Positions 25,901-38,497 of a stretch of DNA of 64,000 bases are shown here, piece after piece. The stretch covers positions 164,982,001 to 165,046,000 of the forward strand of contig OZ024743.1 of NCBI GenBank assembly GCA_964016885.1. The letters are read 5' to 3'. The notes under the pieces were generated by a model that saw only the letters and a list, made by a program, of their open reading frames with translations, ran no database searches and was not told the origin of the DNA. Origin of the DNA: Eledone cirrhosa. Lineage: Eukaryota. A program made the position numbers and the translations under genes. Within the stretch, counting starts at the first letter, position 1. Every line of letters starts with the position of its first letter.

Positions 25901-26579
25901 GTGGTGGTGGTGGTGGGGAGCGAGTGTAGACGTTATTGAGGTGGCAGGAGGGGGGGACTTGGCAGTGAGGTGTATCAAGTTCATAGTTCCCTTGTCCGTT
26001 TTCCTCTCTTTTCAAAATTTGAATTTATGGCCATTTTGCAATGGGGGGCAAGTAAACATAAAATGTAAAATTTAAATAGAGATTGCTCTGGAAAAATATA
26101 TGGAATATTTCTGTACCTTCCTCAGCTTTTGTCAAAACATTTCCCCGGCTTCCAATGAGCAAAAATTTTGTTGTATTTTGATCTTTCAGAATATGAAAAT
26201 TAATAAAAACTTACCCCCACGAAAAACAGTGTGTTGTCCGATCTATGACAACTCTACCTAAGGCCTGAACACATCCCTTGTTAACCCCCCGCGAAGGATA
26301 ATGAGGTATGGTTCTTTTTCGTTCCTCTCACCATATTGCAGTTTTGGTGGTCTTATTCATGCCAGTTACCAATCTGGTACTTTTTAAGAGGTGGCCTTTA
26401 CTCGCCTCATCAGAGCTACATCACTGGGTTGTTAGAGTTTTCTTGGGAATTACAGGAGTCACCCATTGCTACATCACCTCTAATAGTTTACCACTGTTGG
26501 TCCAATGTTGCTTATTCGTCTTTCAGCTGCCCGCTTATGACGCAACTAACTATCATATCTGGTGGCCAAATTGCTATCC

Positions 26580-28250
26580 ACCACCTGTTGAGGTCACAAG
26601 AGCAGTTAAAGAGCTCAAATGTGGAAGATGAAATCCAGCCAAAGATGTTAAAAGCCTTAAATACAGAAGGTATTCTCTGACTGACTCATGTGTGTCAGGT
26701 GGTCTGGATCTCTGGCAATTGTGAGTAATAATCCCAGTTTTCAAAAAGGGAGGCAAGAGAGATTGTTCCAATTACAGAGAGATTGTTCCAATTACAGAGG
26801 GATCTCCTTGTTAAGCCTCCTCAGTAAAGTCTATGCTAAGTGACTGGCAAAGAGATGTAGGGAGATTGTCGAGTTCAAGCTAGCTGATAAACAGTGTGGT
26901 TTTCGCCCTGGATGCAGCACAGCCGACCAAATATTCATGCAACGGCAGGTCTTCAAGAAATCATAGGAGTATTGCCAAGAGGTATATTCTTGTTTTATAG
27001 ACTTCAAAAAGGCATATGACCACATTCCTCGGGACCTGCTATAGAAGGTTCTGCAGGAGTATGGGATTGACGGTCAGCTTCCTGCTGCCCTGATGTCTCT
27101 ATACAAATGCTCGACTATTTGTGTTCAGATAAACAGTGCTAAGTCAAAACCATTCAATGTGGTGGTCTTATTCAGACTCCACCAAAGGTGTGTACTATCA
27201 CCTCTCCTATTCATTATTTTCATGAACAGGATTTACATGCACTGCCTGGATGGAAGTGGTATCATGACTGGGAGGTATAAAATCAGTTGGCTGGAATTTG
27301 CAGATGACATGGTGTTGATGGCAGTATCAGTAGAGGGTTGGACGCCATGCTTTCCAGCACAGTTATGTCCCTTTACGGTCTGAGTTCAATTCCCGTCGAA
27401 GTTAACTTTGCCTTTCATCCTTACGGGGTCGATAAAATAAAGCACCAGTAATACACTGGGATAATTGCTGGCCTTGTGTCTAAAGTAGAAACAGTTATTT
27501 AACTCGACAGAAGGTGATTTCTGACTTGCACTTGATAGGCTTGATGCCGAGTGCTACATGGCTCGAATGTGCAAAAACTGAGACACTCGTCCTCTCTAGG
27601 AAGCCTGTGCAATGTTCCACTGAAGCAAGGGAGAATTTCAACTATCTCAAGGCCGTGTTCACAAGTGATGGAAGGCAGGAGGCTGAATTCAATGCAAGAA
27701 TTGCAGGAGCTGGCGCAGTATTGCGTCAGCTTCTGCATTCAGTAATAAGAAGGATGGTAGGTGTAAAAGCCAACTCACTATCATTAATTCAGTATTTGTG
27801 CCAACTCTTACATGTGGTCATGAATCTTAGGTAATGACTGTAAGAAGAACATCACAAATACAAGTGGCCGAAATGGAGTTCCTCCAAATGGTCTTTAGAG
27901 TAACGTTACTCGATAGAGTGCATAGCTTAGAGATCAGAGAGTCACTCCAGGTAGAGTCACTACTTCTCTGAACTGAGAGATCACAGTTCTGATACCATGG
28001 ACATGTGGTGGTTAGAATATCTCAGGAAAGAATCACTGGACAGATTTTACAGGTAAAAACAACCAGCAGGAAACCCAGGAGTAGACTCCAAGCAAGATGG
28101 TTGGATAATATCCATGAGCTTGGCTGGTCCCACTTGGGGATCCTGTCAGATTAGATGGAGATAGTTACTTTTGACAGGACCTGCTGGAAAGAATGTTTGA
28201 GGACTCTGCCCCCATGACCCTCTCAGGAATAAGTGGGCAAAGATGATGTT
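26580..28250 (+). mobile_element. RTE-clade LINE (second family), RT and 3' end, with SINE insertion
   Basis: ELKCG..DEIQPKMLKALN, PVFKKG..RDCSNYRGISLL, DFKKAYDHI, QRCVLSPLLFIIFM, FADDMVL. Confidence 0.85.
27319..27500 (+). mobile_element. Nin/Deu-like SINE inserted in the RTE LINE
   Basis: Full A/B-box head, core and tail; the empty site is visible in the paralogous LINE at ~62370-62385. Confidence 0.85.
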
Positions 28251-28863
28251 CTCAAGGCAATGCATAAATAAAACTTATAAGGATGTCAAGTTTCTTCAGA
28301 CAACGTTGGTAATTATACTTCTCTATTCGTCCCTATCCAGCATGGTTTCCTCGAATTCATTCTTTCCAAGATTTGTGTCTTTACAAACCCACCCCAGAAA
28401 CACAGCATGAGGCTTACCTCTTGTTCTTCTACCATGTATGGGTTCCCACAACAGTAATTAGCATAATGCCTCTGCCTGATCTCTTCACCATACATGATCT
28501 ATGATGTCTGTAATAGAGACTTGTTTGTTCTTTGCTCCCTCCAAGATATATTTTGCACTTTTCTCAGTAGTTTTGTATATGTGCCACCTAACCATCTTTC
28601 CATCACTTTTCTGAGTTCCAGCACTCCACTCCATACATAAGCACACTTTCAATTGTTGATCAAATTTAACCTTTGGTTTGGTGTTTAAGTTTAATTTCCA
28701 AATGACATCCATTTTGTTTGCAACTGTCCAGGCTAAGTTAATTCTAGTACTCATGTCAACTTTCCTTTCAACCTTTCAAATTTGATAAATAAAGGAAGTG
28801 GTGGATTGGCAGAATTGTTAAAGAGTTGGATCCAGTACACTGTTTTGATTTCAAATCCTGAGT

Positions 28864-29055
28864 TCTTCTGCCAGGAATTGTGACCAGCCAATAGCATCAG
28901 CAACAGAAAGACTAATGGAAACATTGTTTCCTTGGTTGATCAAATGATCAGCTCCTTCCTTCTGCCAAGTGTTGTGACCAGCAGATAGTCTCAGCAATAG
29001 AAATACCAATGGAAACATTATTTCCATGATCTGATCTGATAATTGGCTCCTTTCT
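28864..29055. repeat. Two-unit ~95-bp tandem duplication
   Basis: CTTCTGCCA..TTGTGACCAGC..ATAG..TCAGCAA.AGAAA.AC.AATGGAAACATT.TTTCC repeated. Confidence 0.75.
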
Positions 29056-29814
29056 TTTAATGAAGAGACATATTAAAGAAGACACATATTAATGAAAACA
29101 CAGTTTAATGACAGTATTTTAATAATGTAGTATTTTTTATCTTGAATTCAGAATCTTTTATAAAAAAAACCTGTGGTTAACAGTTTTGTAATTCAGTGAA
29201 CTAACCGTAAAAATTCTGGCAACTCACCACTATATATATCATCATAATCATCATTACTAAACAGTATTAAACGCACCCCGCTTATTTAATATCTATTTTC
29301 CATGCTTGCATGAGTTAGATAGGCTGTTATTTTATGAGATTTGATGGGTCAGGTAACCACATCTTGCTCAAGTTCTCCATTTTGGGCTTGGTTTTCTATG
29401 GTTGAATGCCCTTCCTAATGTCAACGTGCACTGGGAGCTTTTTTTGTGACACCAGCACTACTACCTCATAAGGTGGATAGGATGCTTTTTATCATGGCTC
29501 CAGTACAACCACCTTACAGAGTGGATGGGATGCTTTTTGTTTCAGCACTAGCATGACCACCTTTACATATATGTTTGAGTGTTGTGTGTGTGAGAGTGTG
29601 TTTGACCTTGGAGGTATTTAAACTAAGAATGTAGAGGGATGAAAGCATTTAATTTAGCCAAGTATCACTTTTCCAATTTAGTTTAATAGCAACAATAAAT
29701 AATATAAACTAGTTTAATACTAGTTTAATAGCAACAACAAATAATATAAACTAGTAACCTTTTAAATCTAAACACTACATACATTGCTTTTGGTGATGAT
29801 GAAGGTGTTATTGT

Positions 29815-29975
29815 TTCATTGTTGAGCTGTTGTGTTGTTGTTGTTGGGCTGCTGTTATTGTTGTTGTGCTGCTGTTGTTGTTGTTGATATTGTGTTGTGC
29901 TGCTGTTATTGTTGTTGTGCTGCTGTTGTTGTTGTTGATATTGTGTTGTGCTGCTGTTGTTTTTGCTGTGTTGTT
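29815..29975. repeat. (GTT/GCT)-based microsatellite with a higher-order repeat
   Basis: GCTGCTGTTATTGTTGTTGTGCTGCTGTTGTTGTTGTTGATATTGTGTTGT repeated. Confidence 0.85.
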
Positions 29976-30574
29976 GAATAGCCATGATAATCAGTCTTAG
30001 TAATTAATGATAAGTAGTATCTTGATTCTTAATAAGTAATATATTTATTCAATTATCACTCTATACTCTCAGTTCTCAATGGACGCCCCTATTAATTCCC
30101 CTAATCTAGCTCCAGCAAAATTTTATTTTGACATTAAAAAACATTATACATGACAAAAAAGAAAATTACAAGAAATTGTATACATTATAAAATAAATAGG
30201 ATGGGTTGGGGTCTCAATATGTAAACTAAATTACTAATTCTGGTTTTTAAAAAATCAAGAGACAACCTAGAAAAATTATAAATTTTCCAACGCACCCCAC
30301 TTATTCCCCATCATTATTTGGGACCTGAGAGTAGATAGGATTCAGTTTTTGTTCTTGTTTTTATATATTTATTTTTAGTAGTAAATGGCCATTAAGATAT
30401 TTTGAAAAAAAAGATATAGTGTCACTTACTCACACACTCAAAACTGCACATCCACATACCTACACATACATGCATACATACACACATACATAATTGCACA
30501 TGTATGCATATACCTGTGATCCAATTGGAAAGAAACTATAGTAAAGGAAGGCAAAAGAATTGGTAATCTCCTTT

Positions 30575-30930
30575 TGGTTGCATCTCATAGGATTATTGGG
30601 TGTTTTAGTGATGTTAGGTATCCTTTGATGCTGCAGTTGTTACAGCACACTTCTATGTAGGTGTAGTTGGCCTCCTATGAGGTTGCATTTCATAGGAAGC
30701 TTCTTAGGTGTTTTAATGATAAGTGCCTCAGCCCTTGTTTAGCTCACCTCTATGTAGCTTTAACTATTCTATGGGATTGCATCTCATAGGAGGTTTCTTG
30801 AGTGTTTTAATGATAGAAGTTCCAGTCAGATTATGACGTTGTTACAGTTCACCCCTATTTAAGTTTAGTTGGCCTCCTACAAGGCTGCATCTCATAGGAG
30901 ATTTCTCAGGTGTTTTAATGATATGTGCCA
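30575..30930. repeat. ~100-bp tandem repeat (4 units), each with a CCTATGAG-N7-CTCATAGG-like hairpin
   Basis: TGCAT(C/T)TCATAGGA...GTGTTTTA(A/G)TGAT near 30579, 30684, 30777, 30885. Confidence 0.75.
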
Positions 30931-31499
30931 CAGTTCTGAAAGCAATGTGAAATAAAGTGTCTTCCTTGATGACATAACACACACCTGGTCCAGGAATCAA
31001 ATCCATGACCTTATGATCATGAGTCCACTACTTTAACCACTAGGTTATATTTAGTTACATCCATTTATGTTCTGAATTCAAATCCAGCCCATTCCCAGAT
31101 CAAGAGTGCCTTTCAACTTTCCGGGGTTGATAAAATAAGTACCACCAGTCAAGTGCTGGCACAGTTGATATGACTGACCATACTGTTGAAAATGGTGCCC
31201 CAAATGACAAACTAGTAAAAGAATAAAGTACAGCACTTCAATATGTGATTTCTATTATAAAGAATATAGAGCTTATTGAAGGATACTTGCCAGCCATATT
31301 GATCAAATTGTGTAACTACAGCCAATCTCTCCACTCTTGTTAGCTCACACTTTGCTGTTATCCTCTGATATTATCATCATCATCATCTCGTCTACTTTCC
31401 TTGTTGGCACAAGTTGGACAGATCACCATAGTCTGAGACTAGATGAGTCAGATACTATACCTTACGTATACATTCCATGGTTTCTATGGTTTCCTGAAA

Positions 31500-31870
31500 C
31501 CAACTATTTTACGAAGTGTACTAGGAGGATTTTATCATGATACCAGCACTATTACCACTTCTTAGAAAATACAGTGTACATTTTATAATAGTACCAGTGC
31601 TAACACTTTACAGAGTTCACTGGGTGAATTTTATAATGGCACTGATGCTACAACTTTACAGAGAGCACAGGATGCATTTTATCATGACACAAGTATTACC
31701 ACTTTACAGAGTGTACTGGATACATTTTATCGTGATACCAACACTGCCAGTTTACAGAGTGCACTGGGTGATTTTTATCATGACACTGACACTACTACTT
31801 TACAGAATGGACTGGGTGCATTTTATTGTGACACCAGCACTATCACTTTACAGCATGGACTGGGTTATTT
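31500..31870. repeat. 48-bp tandem array (~8 units) amplified from a SINE-internal segment
   Basis: Unit TTTACAGAGTG(C/T)ACTGGGTG(C/A)ATTTTATCATGACACCAGCACTA..CAC; gives 16-aa periodicity in ORF 31537..31920. Confidence 0.85.
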
Positions 31871-32067
31871 TTTTTTGTGGAAGGGAGGAGGTAATTATTC
31901 ATTTGCTCCATATCACTTAGTTGGAGAAGTGAAAGTGGCAGTGTTGTATGTAATAGTAAGACCTATTGATACTTTCAGTAAATTCCTTGCTTACTTACTT
32001 TAATTCATTTCCCAGTAATTACATAGAACTAAACAACTAAAGGAATTTGAAGATATTAGTTACTCAC

Positions 32068-32142
32068 CTGTTCTTCTAAATCTCGAATTTCTCGCATTAT
32101 TACACCTGTATCTTGGATAGTTGTGATCAGTGCTTCACAATT
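32068..32142 (-). CDS. CCDC22: CCDC22 coding exon: NCEALITTIQDTGVIMREIRDLEEQ
   Basis: Acceptor TTTCAG|, donor |GTGAGT; 75 bp; human equivalent as recalled NCSQLIQTIEDTGTIMREVRDLEEQ. Confidence 0.94.
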
Positions 32143-32539
32143 CTGAAACAAAATCAATAGAAACACATACACATTATCATCATCATCATTATTATCATCA
32201 TCATCGTTTAACATCCATTTTCCACGCTAGCATGAGTTAGACGGGTTGTCCCATTAGAGGCACGTTGTGTCAGGTGACTATGTATTGCTCATATAGAACT
32301 GTTTTTGGCTAGATTTCTGTGGTTGGATGCTCTTCCTAATGCCAACCCCATTTACACTGTGTGCTGGGTGCTTTTTGTCATGTCACCTACATGGCCACTT
32401 TACAGTGTAGGCTGGATGTATTTGTGATACCAACATAACTTTACAGTGTAAGGACAGTGTGGACTGGAGTGGGAGGCCGGTGTAGGGGTGTGGGGATGTC
32501 TTGAAGGGCATATAGTGGTTAAGAGGGGCCTACTAGATG

Positions 32540-34445
32540 TATGTTTGACTCCGTGTGCAAGGGAAGGCGGATCTTCTGTATTACTGCATAATGCCAAAGA
32601 TCTCGATCCTGTGTTAGTGTTTTTGAAAGGAACAATTGCACAAGGTCAGATTTAATCACCTTGTCCCAGGTCTTCCTGGGTCTTCCAACTCCATAGCTTC
32701 CATCAATTTTGATCACCCTGCACCTTTTTATACAGCTGCCGTCCTTCATATACATCACATGATTACACCAACGCCATCTCCTCTCTAGTATATAGCATCT
32801 CTTATGCCTAATTTCTCACTCAGTTCATTTACACTTTGCGGTTCGTGTATTACACATCCACCGGAGCTTGCATGCTTCATTTCTTTCGCAAGTCCTCTGC
32901 ACACAGTGCCCAGGTCTCACTTCCATGTAACATTGCTGATTGTATACATGCATCGTACAATCTGCCCTTCATTTTAAAGGAAAAACCTTTTGTAGCTAAC
33001 AGCGGTATTAGCTCTCTGAACTTTCTCCATCCAGTTTACTCTGGCTACTGTACTTTCAGAGCACCCTCCTCACCCAGGTAATGGAAAGTGTTGACTATTT
33101 CTGGGCATTTGAAGGAGCTAGTATCCTGTGGACGCTTGTTACTTACTACACCTGAGCATTGGCCACATATAAAACCTATGTTCTTTGAAAGCCTACCTGT
33201 GATCCCACTACATCTTTATGAACCCATAGCTTGCATTTGGGACATAGAATGGAATTTCTACCTATTCCTTTCCTGCACACTGAGCCATTTCCCAGAGGAA
33301 ATCTGGACCCTGTTTTCCTTTCTATATACTAGAACTTTAGTCTTAGACAGGTTAACTTTAAGACCTTTTGATTCTAGGTCATGCTACCAGGTTTGAAATT
33401 TCTTCTCTAGTTCTGTCATAGCTATGAGAATTTGATCATCTGCTTACAGAAGTTCCCATGGGCAGCCAGTCTTAAACTCTTCTGTTACAGCCTGTAGGGA
33501 AATAATAAACAGGAGAGGGCTAAGGACGGAGCCTTGGTGAACACCTACTTGTACACTAAATTCTTCACTATAGTCATTGTTAATTCTAACCTTGCTGACT
33601 GTTCCTCTATATATGGCTTGTATAGCTTTTCACAAGCTAGTCATCTACTTCTTGTTTTTTTAAGAATTCACCAGATAATGGAACGGGGGACTGTCAATGG
33701 CTTTCTCCAAGTCAACAAAAGCTAAGTAGAGCGGTTTACTTTTAGCTAGGTACTTCTTATGAAGAAAAGAGCATCCATGGTACTTTTACCCCCACAAATC
33801 CAAACTGCATTTCATCTAGGTTAATTCGGTCCCTAATCAGCTGTGCAATAACTCTTTCTGTGACATTCATGACCTGGTCAACTAACTTAAGGCCTCTATA
33901 GTTTTCTCTATCTAGAGCGTCTCCTTTACCCTTGTAGCAGTTGACGATGATGCTGCTATGCCAGTCATTTGTTATGACCCCATTTTGTATTACTTGGTTT
34001 ACTATACGGGTGATCATGGTGTGTCCCACCATTCCAGATGCCTTCAGCATCTCAGCAACTATCCCCGAAGGTCCAGCTGCCTTGCCAGTCTTCATATCTT
34101 TGATTGCCTTAATTACTATACTACTACTGACTTGCACAGCTGGTCCCTCTGTTGGGTCAACGTGGGGCAAACTATCTTCATCCCATTCATTCTCCTCATT
34201 TAGTAGTCTCTCATAGTGACACTTCCATGCTACCTTCTTTTCAGCATCAGTGAGGGCAAGTACTCTATTATCATCGCAGACACACTTCTCCCCAACAATA
34301 TCATAATTTTCCATGACATATTGTCTCAAATTCCTGAACACCTCACATCTTTGGTCCTTGCATTGCAGACCATGCTTAAATTTTTTATCTTCTACTTTCC
34401 TTCTTACAAAGTGCATTTGTCTCCTAGCTCCTCTCCTAGCCACCT
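32540..34445 (-). mobile_element. RTE-clade LINE RT and 3' end
   Basis: ORF 33757..34443 MKTGKAAGPSGIVAEMLKA, YKGKGDALDRENYRGLKL; GRPRKTW near the 3' end; upstream part resumes at 35345-35995. Confidence 0.9.
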
Positions 34446-34516
34446 CTGTCTCATTAAAAACATTTTTTCCAATTCCACTCCACCCATCCCTTCAATCTTT
34501 CTAATTTCTCATTCTT

Positions 34517-34552
34517 TCTTCTGATGAAGGACTAGCATCCGATACGTTAAGA
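34517..34552 (+). ncRNA. Degenerate minimal hammerhead ribozyme (same family as 10287)
   Basis: TCTT-CTGATGA-AGGAC-TAGC-ATCC-GATA-CG-TT-AAGA: stem I TCTT/AAGA, GAAA mutated to GATA; downstream tail similar to 10323-10410 and ending in (TA)n. Confidence 0.65.
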
Positions 34553-34654
34553 CCCTCTTCCTGCTATTTCAAGCGTTAACCTAATATATTCCTTCCACAT
34601 ACTGCACCAATTGTGTTGTTATTTCTGTTTACCTTTTACATATATATATATATA

Positions 34655-35345
34655 TATATATATGAATGAAAAATGGCGAGCTGTTGTTGCAAATATGATA
34701 TATATAATAAAGAATTAGAAATAGAAGCCAGGACTATCCGTCATCAGTGGTCTACTAGCCATCATAGGTATTTCTTCGCATTACTGACCATATACCTCCA
34801 GCTAGGGCAATACAATAACTAAATTAAGTTATTGGGATAAAAAGAGTTGGGTGGAGAAAGAGAGACAGGTAAACAAACACGAATGGTGAGGCAACGCAAA
34901 GAGAGGAAAAATGAGAAAATCAAGTCAATGACTTTTGAACATAAGAACGTGCGAATATTGACAAGCAGGCAAAAGACACATCTTGGCCGTGCGAATGTGA
35001 GCGAGGAAAGAATTTTGTACGGTGTGGGATGATGGAAGAAGTGAGAGAGAGGGTGAGTAGAAGAGAGTGAGTGAGTGAAAGTGTGAGGAAGAGGCTAGCC
35101 GAGAGAGGGTGACTAGCAGAGGGGTGAGTGAAAGTAAGAGGGAGAAGGAGAGAGAGAGGGGGGAGCGAGAAAGAGGATAGCAGTAAGGGAAGAGAAAAAG
35201 ACAGGTCACAGCAAAGGGGAAAGCATATATGAATGAAAAATGGTGAGCTGTGTTGTTGCAAATATGATATATATAATAAAATGAAGAATTAGAAATAGAA
35301 GCCAGGATTATCCATCATCAGTGGTCTACTAGCCATCATAGGTAT
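34655..35345. repeat. Unclassified element bounded by ~115-bp direct repeats
   Basis: ATATGAATGAAAAATGG(C/T)GAGCTG...CAGTGGTCTACTAGCCATCATAGGTAT at ~34658-34771 and ~35226-35345, with a purine-rich spacer. Confidence 0.7.
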
Positions 35346-35995
35346 GATCCACCATAGCAGATGCTTTCAGCATCTCATTAACAATCTCCAATGGTTCGGC
35401 TGCTTTCCTCATTTTCATATCCTTAATTGCCTTACTTACTATGCTGCTACTGACTTGTACAGCTGGACCCTCTGTTGGGTCTACTTATGGTAGACCATCT
35501 TTCCCCCATGCAATCTCCTCATTCAGTAATATTTCATAATGGCTCTTCTGTGCTACTTTCTTTTTCAGCATCCATGAGAGTAAGTGTGCCATTATCATCT
35601 CGGACACACTTCTTTCCTACGACATAACAATTCTCCCTAACCCACTGCCTCACAATCCTCACACCTCTGGTTTTCATGCCACAAAACATGCTTAAATTTT
35701 TTATTTTCTGCTTCCCTTCATGCAAAGTATTCTTGTCACCTAGCTTCTCTCCTGGCTCCCAGGTAGTGCACCCTGCTTCTCCTATTATTTCATTTTTTCC
35801 ATACCTGTCTCATGGCCTTAATTGTCTCATTACTATTCCACCACCAAGTGTTCCTCCTTACTGTCATAAGCATCAAGCAAAATACCTCTAAATTTGTTAC
35901 TGGGTGAGGGCTCCTTCAACTTACATATCCTTCTCCTTTAGGTTGTCCTCTGTCTCCAAGTTTGTCTAGCCCTAACAATGAAGTGCTAACTACTA
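35346..35995 (-). mobile_element. RTE LINE fragment
   Basis: RQWVRENCYVVGKKCVRDDNGTLTL; same family as 32540-34445. Confidence 0.75.
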
Positions 35996-37240
35996 AGTAT
36001 GCATGTGTGTGTGTGTGTGTGTATAATGTTGAACAATGAAAATAAATAACACAAGGTTTAGTAGTTAATTAATTCATTGGTTCACGATTGTTTCAAAGGG
36101 CAATGTGATGTTCAATTTTATATATCTGATTGTAATTTTTATATACACAACAAACATATAAGTTACCACTTTTCCACAAAACAAATTTCACTTTGATTCA
36201 ATGGGATATTAATATCAACACACCATTGAGTTCTAATAGGGTTGTAAGTTCTACCTTAATTCAGTAGAATATTAATATGTATGTATATATGTACATCTCA
36301 AGAGTTCGACAAAAAAAGAGATTGATAAAATAAATACATTCCAGATATTAAGAAAATAAATACTGAGGTGGATATGATTGGCTAAACCAAGGCCCCATCA
36401 GAGTCACAGCATAATGACTAAAACAAGTAAAAAACAAAAAGAAATGCATATGTATGGATGAGAAATAAACTTGTATCCTTAATTAAAGCTCAAATGTGTT
36501 ATTCATAACCTACTTCATATTTAACATTGTAAAGGTAATGACACATAACACTTAATAGGGAAATGATTTTCTCATTTCAATTTTATTCTCATCATTCCAG
36601 TGTTTAAATTCATTCCCATTTAATTCACACAAACAGAGAGAGAGAGAGAGTCAAGCAGACAGATAGACAGATAGACAGACATTGGCAGACAGGCAAACAG
36701 ATAGACGGGCAGGCAGACAGATAGATGAATAGATAGATAGACAGACAGCTAGAAAACCAGAGAGAAAGAGAGACGGATAGACAGAGAGAAGCAAGCAGAC
36801 ATAGATAGATAAATAAACAGACAAATAGATAAATAAACAGTGAGAGGGGGGGGGGGGCAAGAGAGAGAGAGAGAAGGGAGAGAGGGTGATCAGATAACTA
36901 TCCAGATTAGTAATCAGTATTTTTTTTTAATGCCAACACTAGTGTCATGAACATAGTCTTCCTCAAGCTAAACTATATCTTTTGTTATTATTTTCTGTTC
37001 GTTTTTCTTTGCTTTTTCATTTTTGGTTTATTTTTTTTTTACTAAATGTGGTTCCAACAAGTTTATCAGAATTACTATTTAAAACACCAAAGTAGATCTA
37101 CATAATCTCTAGGTGGCCAGCTTATAATTATTATACCTACCCAATTGTAAATTCCCACTTTCCTTGTTTATTTGTTTGTCCTTAATGTTTTTAGCTCCAG
37201 TGGCCAATAAAGACATTATTTTTATTATTATCATTATCCT

Positions 37241-38493
37241 TGTGGCCTCAACGGTGGTCAGGTGTGGTCGCTGTTTGCTAGATGCCTGTTTCCCCAGCTC
37301 GTCCCCTTGACAGAGCTGCAGTCCTGGGTCAAGCGAAGACCGAGAGGGAGCGCTTGGAGACTGGAATGTCTTCAGGCGCTTACAGCCCTCAACCAGTTGG
37401 GCAATGCGATTGGTGGAAACTCCACCTTGTCATTCTATAGAGGATTAGTGAAGGGGAAGAGCAACGACATACTTGGTGAGACTCTGGGTGGCGACGAAAA
37501 TCAACTAGTCAATCTCTTCGGGAGAACTTTTGGACCTGGGCCTACGGACAACTTCCAGAAATCCCTGGCCTGGCAGTGTTACCGAGCAGCTTTGCCAGTT
37601 CGGGATAAACTCTACAGGCATGTCCGAGATGCGCGCAGGGCGACGAAACCATCCTGTACACACTCGTCCAATGTCTGAGCATTGCTGACTTGTGGGTTTA
37701 TGTCGAACACCTGCTATCGCATGTAGGACGGATGCGGCTATCAGCTGAGTCCATCGTGAGGATTGCCCCGCCCTCTTCCTTTAGCCGGGAAGGGTAGGCA
37801 GTTTTTATCTGTCTGGTGGCCATGGCAAAAGATGAGCACTTACCTCTTCGGTGATACCCTGATTAACTTTTTCAAATTTCATTTGAAAAGGAAAATCAGG
37901 GTAGAGAGGGAAGTACTCTCTTCCCAGCATTTTGCTGAAAGATGGGTGAGAGAGGCAAGCATGGCCCGAGTGAATGGGCCTACTCTGAGTATGTGCCTGT
38001 AAATTGAGGGTGGAAAACTGGGAGAGGGCACTTGCCCTGGTGGTCAGGATCACCATGGCTTTTTTAATGGGCTTTCTCCACAAATGTCCCTCGGAAGTCT
38101 CCCCCCTATTGGGGAATTTTTCATTGTTTCTTTTTTTGTTACATCCTCTGTTTTTGTTTACACGCAGAAATGTCCATTTGTACTGTCCTGTATTGTCCTT
38201 AGTGATTTACTTTATGTCAACCCTTGTGGTTAATAAAGAAAGCATTATTATCCTTGTGGCCACTAAAGAAATCATTTTTTTTAATGGGTTTTCTCCACGA
38301 TGGCCCTCGGAAGTCTCCCCCCTATTGGGGAATTTTTCATTGTTCTTTTTTGTTACATCCTCTGTTTTTGTTTTTTATACACGCAGACATGCCCATTTGT
38401 ACCGTCCCATATTGTCCTGTACTGTCCTGTACTGTCCTTAATGTATATTTTGTGTAAACCCTTGTGGTTAATAAAGAAAGGATTATTATTATT
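37241..38493 (+). mobile_element. Tx1/L1-clade LINE 3' portion with duplicated 3' UTR
   Basis: DNFQKSLAWQCYRAALPVRDKL, C-terminal zinc-binding remnant, AATAAAG + (TTA)n; UTR block repeated at 38066-38270 and 38283-38493. Confidence 0.8.
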
Positions 38494-38497
38494 ATAA

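Noticed and set aside
25293-25984. Poly-Q/N/C/V ORFs
   Set aside because: Compound microsatellite translations.
31500-31870. CRISPR-like periodic array
   Set aside because: Whole 48-bp units are homologous with no unique spacers, the unit derives from a SINE, the context is eukaryotic and there are no cas genes.
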